From NCBI GenBank assembly GCA_904063045.1, contig CAJFCJ010000019.1, positions 2,734,684-2,798,683 on the forward strand: 64,000 nt of DNA, given 5' to 3'. Positions within the stretch are counted from its first letter, which is position 1, and each line of letters opens with the position of its first letter. The notes under the pieces were generated by a model, which saw only the letters and a program-made list of their open reading frames with translations, was not told the DNA's origin and did not search any database. The position numbers and the translations under genes are program-made. Origin of the DNA: Dimorphilus gyrociliatus. Taxonomy: Eukaryota; Animalia; Annelida. This document shows positions 39,073 to 50,700 of this stretch, piece by piece.

Positions 39073-39696
39073 TCATGATAAGTAGGATTGGAGTTGAGTT
39101 GGAGCGAGGGGCTGCTGAACAGTTCTTGAGTACGCAAGTGACCAGTAAGAATGTGCGGCAGGCATTAAATGAGAAGGTGCTGGTAGTTGATGGAGAGGTG
39201 CTGGCGGCTGTAAACATTAAAAGAGAGCTTTGAAGATACTGTCGTCAACACTTAAAAATTGTGACAATACCGTATTGTTCACTTCCATATTTTTCCAGGT
39301 TTCTGCTGAATTTTCTTTTGATGGTAAAGTTTGATCGTGCTCCGATATAAGACTTTGAAGAGATTGAATGTAGTCGATTGCTATTCTTAAGGTTTTCACT
39401 TTTGAAAGTCGTTTATGGCGATTTTCGTATGGGATGTGTCGTCTTAAATAAGTAAAAGCTGAATTTACGTTCTGAACCCTCTTGCGTTCTCTTGCGTTCC
39501 TTTTTGCAACAACCTGAACTGGTTTGGCACTATGAGGAACATGCTTGTAAGTTGTGTTGCTTCGTCGCTTCTTCTTTTTTGGAGAATTTTGAATAGTCTG
39601 GAAACTTGAAGGAGAGGTTGGTGGTTGTTGATTATCAGCAAACATGCAGGAAGACATTTTGATCGAAAGTGCTCCAAACTTAGGAGCAGGTTTCAT
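39073..39696 (-). CDS. Achaete-scute-related bHLH transcription factor. Exons 39696-39271 and 39207-39073; start Met uncertain.
   Basis: bHLH VAKRNARERKRVQNVNSAFTYLRRHIP..KRLSKVKTLRIAIDYIQSL. A 63-nt GT-AG intron (acg|gtattg...tttacag|ccg) removes the apparent stop and adds a Pro/Gln-rich 44-aa tail. Confidence 0.85.
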
Positions 39697-39730
39697 TTTC
39701 TAGTATCTCCTGAACCCAATACTCGATCGT

Positions 39731-39784
39731 GATTGGCGAAGGAGTCGCGTGGACCGCCACCGATTGGCTGTTGAGCAGCCAATC
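39731..39784 (-). promoter_or_regulatory. Triple CCAAT-box cluster upstream of the bHLH gene
   Basis: gattggc at 39731; inverted pair gattggctg (39762-39770) / cagccaatc (39776-39784), 35-90 nt upstream of the first Met. Confidence 0.55.
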
Positions 39785-41707
39785 AGCAGCCAGAGCGGCA
39801 AGTTTATGTAAAATTGTATCTTTTATTGTGCCCTTTGGCTATAGGCCCGAGTTGGCGCCTCAAAATGATTGAATTGATAACAGAGACATTTGTGAGTAAG
39901 CAAATAAAGAAAATTGGAAACCAATAAAACTGCAAGTGCATAAAATTTTCTTTAAATGTGTTAAGCTGTACTTTTATGTAAAATTATTTAGTTTTTCTCC
40001 CTCTCTCCCCTCTCCCGCTAACGAAATATTTTTTCCATTTATTTTACAGGAGGAAGCATCTCATTCATAATTCTTTCTCATAAATACTCTTTCTCATAAT
40101 TTACTTGGTAGTTCTTGTCCATTTCTTTTATGAGAGAAAAAATATGAAGTTGTGGCAAAATATTGGATTAATTAGGTTCTTGGATGTACTATTGATAGAA
40201 GAATGTTTATAACTCATATTTGTTAGTATTTAGTGTCACATAATTCACATACTCATCGGATTTAGATTTCACGCAGAAGTTGTCAAGTTGTCAGACACAC
40301 GCATGCATATGTACAGCATAAATAGGGATTTAGGTGGAAAAGGAAAGTATTGACACGAAGTCGAGATAAAGGCAAAAGGAGAAGAAAGCCACTCACGCAC
40401 CAGTCGCTTTGATTGTTCTCAATATTGCTGTCGCATGATCACAAGATCTTTGTTTAATTATAATAATTAAGACAGTTATACGAACAGGTGTTCATCGTGC
40501 TATGCGCCATCCAAATAGAATTTTCTTAAACGTTCGGACGGGGTGCTATAATAGTCCTCTAAAACTGTTTATAGTCGCCCATACGCCACAACGATTACTC
40601 GGGCCGCGCCCGAGGGAGCGTTCTTTAAACTTGACCGCCGTAGCGGTCAGCTCTATAACACTTTCGTCGGACGGAATGCAACCAGGCAGATTTTTTACTC
40701 TTCCGAAGTCTCCGAAGCGGGATGCTGCATGTCGATCTTATCACGTCGACGCCCCTCACGAAACACTCGGTCAATCGGTCTTCCTATATAAATAAAGGGT
40801 GCACCAGTAGCCGAAACGTGCATAAACGCCGTTATATTGGTTGTAGCTAATTAGTAGGAAAAGCCGTCTAATAAAGACAAGAAAGGAGAAAAAGCGGACG
40901 CCGTTCACGAGGAAAATATATTCTTTGCTTAGTTCAAGAAACCCTGGGTAGCGCCGACCACGCCCATTTAGGCTCGGCAACAAATTGATGCGACTTGACA
41001 CTGATGTATTATTTCGTTTATCACCGGCCTCGTAAGGAGTTTGTTCGCTAACACAGTCCTGATAAATATCAACATTCAGGGAAGCATGTGCTTTCGAAAT
41101 CATTATCGACTAAATTCATACGGTGATTCGAATGAGCGTGTCAGATAGGTCTTTTGTTTGAAAAATACATGGCAAAGGCGGGGATAGAGTATAAAACCAT
41201 TCTATCAATTTAAAACCAGTTGATGAATGTCAGTGAGATGTGGCTACGCTCAATTGAATTTCCATTTTTCATCATTTAATATAAATTACAATTTAAACAT
41301 GAACCGAACGGGAAATGAGTTATCCTTTGTGTAATATTCATCTTTATCTAGTACAAAAGGATCTGTATGAATAAACTAGAATGGTTAACTTATCCTATAG
41401 CTTCTCTTATATAATGTCAACTTTCATTCTAAAAAACCAGACAATAAATGGAACTCTTATGTCAGAAAGAAAATATGTTTAGATAATACAACGGTAAAGG
41501 TTAAATATTTCAATCTTATATTCAGAGAGTTAAAGCCCGCGAGCCGTTCAAACGCTCAAAGGTTTACCGACTTGAAAGTTAAGTGACTTTTGATGCCCAA
41601 CTATACTCTTCCTTTCTGTTCGCTGCTCTCTTTGCCTAATGGCAAAATACGAGAGAGTTTCTATAAGATTGACTAATCTATGTACCAGCAGAATTACTTT
41701 TGATCAA

Positions 41708-41766
41708 TCTATTATTATTATAATTATTATTATTACTATGATTATGATTATGATTATTACTATTAT
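41708..41766. repeat. (ATT)n / (ATGATT)n low-complexity repeat
   Basis: Run of att triplets with atgatt variants. Confidence 0.85.
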
Positions 41767-43083
41767 CAACTTCAAAAGTTAATAAAAGTATATAAGGTAA
41801 TTGTATTGTATTTCCTTTAACAAGATTTGGCTTTTCTCAAAGTGCCTGTGTGTGTGTTTCTTACCGATTTATACAAATTTGTTTTGTTTGATAAGGGCAA
41901 CTTTTTAACATATTTTTATACGTTGAGGCCAACTTATTGATGGGAAAGATAATAAAAGATAGAGAGAATTGGCACACATAAATAGATTAAAAGATTCGAA
42001 TTTCGTTAATTATATTTGATTAGTAAGCAAACAAACCCTGATAATACACCATATATTTTTAGTGCATTAAAAGATTTTTTCATTATTGTAAACAGAGGAA
42101 ATTTTTAGACTTTAGAATTTCTATTGTGATTATATTATTTTTCTTTTTTTTTTACATAAATTCTATTTGCATTCACTTATTGTCAAATTCAATTGTTACT
42201 GCCTTTCACCTAGAATATTCAGTGGAATATACTCCACCTATAGGAGTTTATTCTACGTTAATGCCCTCTTTCGGCTAAAAATCTTTCGCTGTAATACTTT
42301 TTATGATTGCAAATTGGCAACCGTGATACGTTAAGCAAACACTTTATATCTATAAGTATAAATATGTATATATAATGTATGCGCCTAGCCTAACCCTAGC
42401 CTAACCTTATACACTGTATATCTTATATATATATTATTTAAACCATTCATAATTAAGGAAAGTATATATTTATAGTATGTGATATAGTCAAATATGAATT
42501 TAGTACTAAGAATATTAAAGTATAAAGAAAATCTGTAAATTTATCATGCTTAGAAACAGCCTGTTGGAATTGAAGACAGCACATTATCCCTTATAGCTAT
42601 TATAAAACGCCATCTAACGTCCACCTTGTAGCATAACGTAAACATGAAGGCCAACAGGAAAGTGATTGATCAACCCTGTACTTCAAACGTCTAAGAACAG
42701 GAAATTATGCCATTTAAACGCTTTCCGCCATTTAGGCATGTAGAGGAAACTCATTAGCAGCGACGATTAATATAGGAAATATAACATGTATTAAAATATA
42801 AAACGCATAATATATACGCCGAATTGAAACGCCCATATACTGTATATAAAAAAATTGTTCTTTCCAATTGAAAAAAAGCGAGAAACAGTAACAAATAAAT
42901 AGAAACAAATCGGTGATGTTTTAGATAACGATATAAGCGAGATAAACACATGTATACAGGAACATTGAAAGTGGGCGGAATTAGTTGCAGGAATGAAAAA
43001 AAAAAAATATACTTCGTGCTCTGCATGCGTCTGATCTTTCTTCTTTTTTAAAATAGTTTATAATCGAGAAAAATTGTGCAAAG

Positions 43084-46000
43084 CTAAATCGTCCCGTGGT
43101 TTGGCACCGAATCCGAGTCAGCAAACAATCTAGCAATCGAAGACAAACTAGCATCAGATGAGTGGTGTTCGCCGCTGCTTTCTAAGCTTGGCGGAGGGTG
43201 AATGAAAAAGGTGGGAGTCGGACTGCGACCGGTTATAGCCAAGACTTCCGCATCGCACTCGTCGTCAGCGCTTGAATCAAATGTCGGAGAACTTGCACAG
43301 GAAAACCGCTGTCGCCCCAACTTAAATGGTGGACTTGCTGTTGGTAATGAAGAAGTCGATATGTCGACTGCTCGTTGTTTTATGAGAATAGGGCGGGGAG
43401 AGCGTCTTATAGGAGGGCTGTTGAATGTAAAATTGGTGGGCAATGAATTCTGCTTTCTAACAACTCGCTTTTCAATAATTATAGGGCTGGTTTGTTGGCC
43501 TAATTCAGCCTGCTTTTTCAATCGTAATTCTTCCTCCAATTCTCGTTGGATTTCCAATTCCATCTGCGCATCTTCATCGACGATCTTGTGAGATTCCTAA
43601 ATGAATAAATAAAATAAATTTTAAAAAAAAAAGAAGAGGAGAAAATAATCATTGAGGAAAAATTGGTTTCACGAAGATAAAAAAAGCAGGTTATTGGGCA
43701 AAGGCTCCGAGTCAAACAAATCGAAACCTTACCAAACGTAATTTTATTTCAGTCAGCTGCTTCTCCTGTAGAGTCTACTTTGAAATACATATGGAATAAG
43801 CTACACAAGAATCGCATTACCTCTAAGTGCTTCATCAGTACTGCTACGACGACGTTAACTAGAACGAATTGCGCCATGAGAACAAAGACGACGAAGAAGA
43901 CTGGAGCTATAAAAGAAGAGACGCAGCAATTCAGTTCACAAGAGTCGCTGGAATCGCAACCTTCCCTCAACGTATCCTTCATAATTCCGTTCCAATTATC
44001 GCCGGTGGCCACGCGGAATAGCGTGAGGAAAGCCATGCCGAAATTATGGAAATGAGCGTGAACTCCTAAACCTTCGCAAGGATTCTCAGCTGAACAAACT
44101 AAACGACCAAATAGTTCAACACCAAGTGCAGCAAATATAAAAAATAGCAGGAAAAAAAGTAGGCCTAGATTAGCTACTTGAGGTAGAGCTTGAACGACTG
44201 TATCGAGCAAAGCTCGGATGCCTTTAGCCATTTTTAATAATTTAAGAACGCGAGCAATCCTCAATACTCTCATCACCCTAATTATTGTAGGGTTTATGGG
44301 AATTACATTCGATTCCATCTCCTCTAGAACTATTCCAGTCACCGATAAAATAACGATACAAAGATCCAACTGGTTCCAGCGATCTTTCATATACCTAGTT
44401 AAATCTAGCGCAAGCGCCTTTACGGCTGCTTCTATAATAAAGACGGTTGTAAAAAAATAATTGCAGATTTTTAAGGTTTTAGTTAGTTCATCTGGCATCA
44501 TATAGAATTCCAGAGCCATAGTTACAACATTTAGCCCAATGACACCGGCTATAGCCAAATCAAAATATTTACTAGTGCAGACATTATGAATTCGTAATCG
44601 AATTTTGCCATAGTTGTGCCAGTAGGGCGTTTCTCGTAATTCTGTATAGTTAAAAAAAATAAACATATTTAATACGCCTATATCGTATTATTAAATATTA
44701 ATAAGATGGTCGATAACAATCAACTTGCTATTTAACAAACAGTGTGTCCCGGATATTGATTTATCGACGGTCCTATCAATATTTATAAGTATTATATCAT
44801 TATTACTTCTCCTCCTCTTTTCCATACGCTTTGCCCTTTTGGCTGCTCTTCTCGCCCTTTCTTCGAGTTCCTGACTTTCGCGACACTTGTGAAAATTTTC
44901 AACTACAACTCCAACAAACATATTGAGAACAAAAAAACCGACCAAGAGGAGAAAAGATATAAAATAGAGTAGACGCCATTCACTGTAATTTCTTACAGGC
45001 TGTTGGTCAACACCGACCGCGTCCAGACCGGTGTACATAATATTTACCCAGCCGTCTTTAGAGGCGAGAACAAATAGTGACATTAATGCCTGCCCAAGAT
45101 TATCGAAATTATACTTTTCGTTCACCCATCTATAGGGTGGTCCCTTATTCAAGCAATCTGTTTTGTTTCTAATTCTTGTAACGTCTGGACCATCGCATTT
45201 GTAAAATGCTCCTTTAAATAGTTGGACACCGAGTATACCGAATATGATAAAAAACGTACAGCAGATGAGCACAATATTTCCTATAGGTCTGAGCGAGGAT
45301 AGCAGGGTCTGTACGACGAGCTTTAAGCCGGGTGCTCGGCTAATTACCCTTAACGGTCTTAAAGTCCGCAGTAGTCTGAACACTCTAAGTATGCCGAAAA
45401 TCCTTGGACTATTTTTGGCAGTGATGGATATGAGTATGTCGACAAGGGAGATAAAGACTAGAAAACCGTCCATTACATTCCAACCCGACCGTAAATAAGC
45501 ATGAGGCCCAAGAACGAAACCCTTTGCAACCACCTTTACAATCATTTCGATAGCGAAGATGAAAGTAAAGACGTAATTGGAGTAAGTGAGAAACATTCGT
45601 TCCACACTACTTCGTGGTATACTGGGTCGTTCCATAGCTAAGGTAATACAATTCAAGGCGATGAACAAAAGCACGCAATGGTCGAACCATTTCTGTTTGA
45701 TTAACGCCACACACGCCAACTTGACACGATTATTTGGCGGAATGATGTAGAGAGAATAACGTCTTCTAGAGAGACAGCATCCCGTTGGCGGTGGACACCA
45801 TTTACATGGACAATCAGGTTGTTCTTCGTCTTCTGCTCCGTCGTTGCTTTTCGACAGGTTGTTAGGCTTGTACAACTCCTCCCTTTGACTTGAGCTGATA
45901 GAATTCTGTGAATTAATCGAATTCTGTCGCGACGGACCGGCTCCGGAAGTTGTCGACGCTATGCTGTGTCTGACCGTTCGTTGATTGTTTAAGCCTTGTG

Positions 46001-47684
46001 TCCTGGTCTGTAGGCCTTGGCCGTTGCAGTCACTGTTGAAAGTAACGCATGAATATTTTAGATATAAGCCATATAAAAAGAGTAAATATAGAATCATGTA
46101 TGAATTTGGGTCGAGTAAATATATATATGCGATTAAATAGATGGGTCGACGGGTACAAATTCATGCGCGGCTCAGGCCAGTGATCATGCTTCTTTACAAT
46201 AATTGTTTACGAGAGGTAACAAGACGACTACAGTCTACCTAAGATGTTCCTGACAATGACAGCAATGCTGATGTGGCCTTTGTTGCTGTTGGCTAGTGTA
46301 AATGAAAGAGTATCTGAACGGATCGCTGTTATTTCTAGTTACATCCACTATATAACAAAATTGGGAAGCCGACGCCGGCGTCGAGCTGCTGTACGAGATA
46401 CGGTATTAAAAAATTAATCGCCTCCAGATGGCGATACTCACCTGTAATTGATATTTGATATATTGGAAACATTCGACGATCGCCGGGATGAATGATCGTC
46501 TTCCGATTCACTGTCGATGCTGTCGGAAGCGGACGGTTTTAGTATACTTTTAAAGGTTTTTCGAGGCGATTCCATAGCCCATTGGTCGAAAGCAGCTGCT
46601 ACCGTTAGCGTGTTCTTATTCGGAGAAGATCCGGATTCGTGTGGTGAATCAAGGGGTGTTGCAACCGGAGTGGCTGCAGTATGGGTAATAATTGGAGGAG
46701 AATTGAAAAGAATAGTCGGCGGAGCCGGTGCCGGAGAATTTTGCCCATCGCTACCCATTTTTTTCTCTTTATCCTTATTATTCTTATCAATCATCACTAT
46801 TACGCTTTGCTTTCTAACAGCGGCCGCCGCCGCCGCCGCCGCCGCTGCTGCTGCTGCTTCCTTGTTAGTATTTTTTGCGCCTTCCAAAGATTTTAACTGT
46901 TCTTCTTCTTTTTGCTTCTCCTTTGCTTTTTCCCGTTCCTCGCCTTCAGAGGAGAAGCCTTCAACTAAGATAGCAACCAGTAGATTGAATAATACATAGT
47001 TGCCGAACGTCATAAGAGCAATGAAATAAAGAGCAGCCCATGGGGACGTTTTCGACATGCCTTGGTATAAAACTTCATTCCAATCCTCCTGAGTCAAAAT
47101 CTGTTTGGGGCAATCGAGCGAGAAATTTACTCCTAAATGCCTGGACATCGATTAGAATATTCACTTGTGTAAAGGGTAGAATTTAGCAGGACCGATGCAA
47201 ATCGTTAAGTAATATTGATTACATATACATAAATAGAATACAATTTTGAACGATTTAAAAGTAGGAAAAAAATTCCGTATTAACCCAATTACATCGGTCT
47301 CGCAAAATAAAACTATAATCAGAAAACATTGGGGAGGCAGGGAGAAAACAACACAAAAGGTGCAATAATACGTGTATCTACCTGAAAAACAGTGACTAGT
47401 GCCCACAATAATGAATCAAAGTTTTTTCTCTGTGTCAGACAGCGTACTTCGGAGTAGGAATTGAGATCTTGGCATGAACAAGGCTTGCCATGACGAGATC
47501 CTCCTTGGACCATCGCCAATTTGCCACCGAACAAGTGCATTCCTAACACGCTGTTAATAATATATAGTGCTATTTGTGCAATAAAGGAAAAAGAGGGAAA
47601 AGTTTTTTTTCTTATCTTTTATGTAAAACAATTCCTACTTTTTAAAAGAATCTACTTAAAATATATCTACGAAGTGGAGAGTAA

Positions 47685-47719
<35 letters not shown>

Positions 47720-47720
47720 C

Positions 47721-47761
<41 letters not shown>

Positions 47762-50700
47762 ATATACTAAAATAGAATATGAATATAATATATAATCATG
47801 CACGAAAAAGATAAAAGTGCGAGTTATATTTAATACATTTATATATATTTAAAAATATGCAACTATGATTAAAATTGCAAGGGCTAGATTTTTTTTTCAT
47901 TTTCAGTATTATTCGGTCATTTGACTTTGAATTAGAGCGAAAGTTAATGACACTTCAGACTTACAGATGTGTTTTGGAAAGGAATTTAATAAAAAAAAAC
48001 TGATAATAATAGCAAAAAATAGCCAGAGAAAGGGAAATAAATTTAAAGTTAAGGACAAATGTACAGAAGAGAGTTATTAGACACCTGTTAAGAAAGTATT
48101 AATTCAGAGTATAAAATGTCAAATACAGTTCTATTGATCTCCTGGTAATGAAATATATGTACTTTAGAACGAAGTAAGAAATATTCCCTCCAAGTAATTT
48201 ATTATCATTCTCTTTTCTAGTGTTTTGCAGGTTTTTGCAGTAGATCTTTTTTTATACCCTCCTACACGCATACCTCTTGTAAATATTAATAAAACGAGCA
48301 CAAGGAAGTCTGCATCGAAAATAAAGTAATATTTAAATTTACTATTGATTTCCTAAAGCGAGTAATTAAGTCGTTTTAATTTTAAGATGCTAAGCCTGCA
48401 TTCGAAAGCTTCACCTATTAATCATCCTCTTTATAATTTATTAGTAATGCGTTGAAGTTCTCTTTAAGTTTCACTTGCTTATTACTTGGCCGTATGTGAT
48501 TTCAGTAATATTATTTCTAATATAGGGTGTATTAATGCCAAATTCGCAAAGAATGCTCTTTACAAGAAATGGAAATGGAAGGCGCTGTCTAAAATCCTAC
48601 AATACTCTACTAAAGTATTCACATTTAGACTTTTGTGTAAAGTCTTCCGCATATATATTTTAGTGAAAATAGATCAATAGTATATTCTTTAGGAGAGTAC
48701 ATTTTACATTCCATACTCAAATGAATGTAATATCTTTTTGCTTACAATATTAATAAGATACTTTTCTGTTAATTATCTTTTAGATGTTTACTTTGTGCCG
48801 GTGTAAATCCTAAAATGTGATCAACTTTCATTAATTAGATTCTAACGTCAAATGATCAATAATTTTGAAGAGAAACAAAAAAAAATCAGCGCTACAATTT
48901 CAAACCGAAAACCGACTAATTTACGATTGTTTTAAAGTTGGTATTATATGTTTCATTAAGAGTATATAGTGATAACTAATCTATGTACAATGTATAAAAA
49001 AATTACATTGTGTAATGTGAAGAAATGTAAAATTTAAATGAAATAAAAAATGAATTGGGCTCGTGCTATATACACAACAGGGCGGCCGTCTACCTGGAAA
49101 ACTGTTACTATGGCCCATAAAAGGGAATCGAAATTTTTACGACCGCACTTTCTACGGCCTTCTGCTACAGTCTCGCAGAACTTACAACCGAACAAGTTCA
49201 TACCCAGAATGCTGGATGTAAAAAAAAGTGCGCATCATATATACGTCATCGCATTTGAAGGCGTTTTTTTTATAAATAGATAATTAATGTTACGAATAGC
49301 ACATGCTATACAGTATATACAAAAAATATCAATATATACATATATTTATATATGTATAGTTTTCTTTTGTAATGTAAAGAAATGTTTGTACTTGTATAAA
49401 CTGTACAGATGCCAAAGTATTAATGATATTAAATGAATTAACAACTTACCTGAATATGAAAATAAATAGAACTAGAAGCATGAAGAAAGTTGCTACGTTA
49501 TCCATTGTTCGCAACATCACAACCAACTGATACCTCAAGGCTGGTAGAAATCGTACGAGTTTGAGTATACGCAACAAGCGGAACGTTCTTAAAACAGATA
49601 ATCCTCCAGCGCCGCCCTGCATTAATTCAACTATACTGAGCACCACTATAAAACCGTCGAAGACATTGAAGCCGTTTCTGATGTAACCAAAAGGACCATC
49701 GGCAATAATCTTTAACAGCATTTCAATAGCGAAGACGATGCAGAAGAAAATATTGCTGTATTCCAGCACGAGAGTCAGTGTTTCAGGCTGTATGGAATGA
49801 ATACAAATTCTCACAGCAGGATTCTCTACAAAAATGCAATGATTTTTTTGTGTGCTCTCTTAAAATTTCTCTAATTTCAAACTTTTATGTATATACAATC
49901 AGAGGCTAACACTCTGTAAATTGATCACGATGCATTGAGAGAAAGGCCTATTTAAGCGTTCGCCTAATGGAGTACACAGAGAAAAAGAACAATTAACACC
50001 GACCGGTCGTTGCCAGTCAATCGAGCAGCAATATTCCAGAAAAAAAACACTCGCTGTAATATTATGAGAGAAGCATCTAGATGTGATTCGACCTCACTCA
50101 CCTGTTGCTAAGCAACATATAGATTGACAACTCGCTTGTTAAATGGCTATAAAATAAAAGAAAACCGTTCCTAACTGCCTCGTTCGACCACCATGCATAA
50201 TTTACTAACTTTCTTATTAACCTTTCACCATATTGATATGTAAACACACGAAGTTACCTGATTGTGATATTCGATTCCCATGCTAAGCGTATTGATTAAA
50301 ATCGCTCCTAAGATACCGCGTGTGAAGTAATTGCTGTCGACCGTCTGCTTGACGGCGAAACGCAGCAACTGCCAGACTCCGTGACGATTAGACGCTGTAA
50401 AGAAAAAAAGATAAAAAAGTCAGAAAAGAAGTCAAAAAAAAAAGAGAATATAAAAGAGTAAACAGCAGGGGATAAGGAGAAAAGCTGAGGAGAAGGAAAG
50501 AATCAGAGCAAGAGAGAGAGAGAGAGAGAGAAAGAGAGAGCGACAGAGACACAGAAAAAGAGACAGAGAGAGACAGAGAGAAAAAATAAGTGAGTGGGTG
50601 AGTGGGAGAATAAGCGAGAGAGAGAGAAGAAAAAAGGTAGAAAAAAAAACACAGTGAGAGAGAATGGAGAGCGTGTTTTCGCCAAGACGCTCGTTGATTA

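Noticed and set aside
39005-39217. 70-aa ORF overlapping the bHLH stop (TAATG), resembling translational coupling
   Set aside because: Better explained by a 63-nt intron and a second exon in a different frame.
42384-42406. cctagcctaac x2, telomere-like or Helitron-like repeat
   Set aside because: Only two units, with no terminal structures or transposase nearby.
44642-44806. Optional exon 25c/26-like insert in the Cav3 III-IV linker
   Set aside because: No frame-compatible alternative donor or cassette found; the ORF read-through is intronic.
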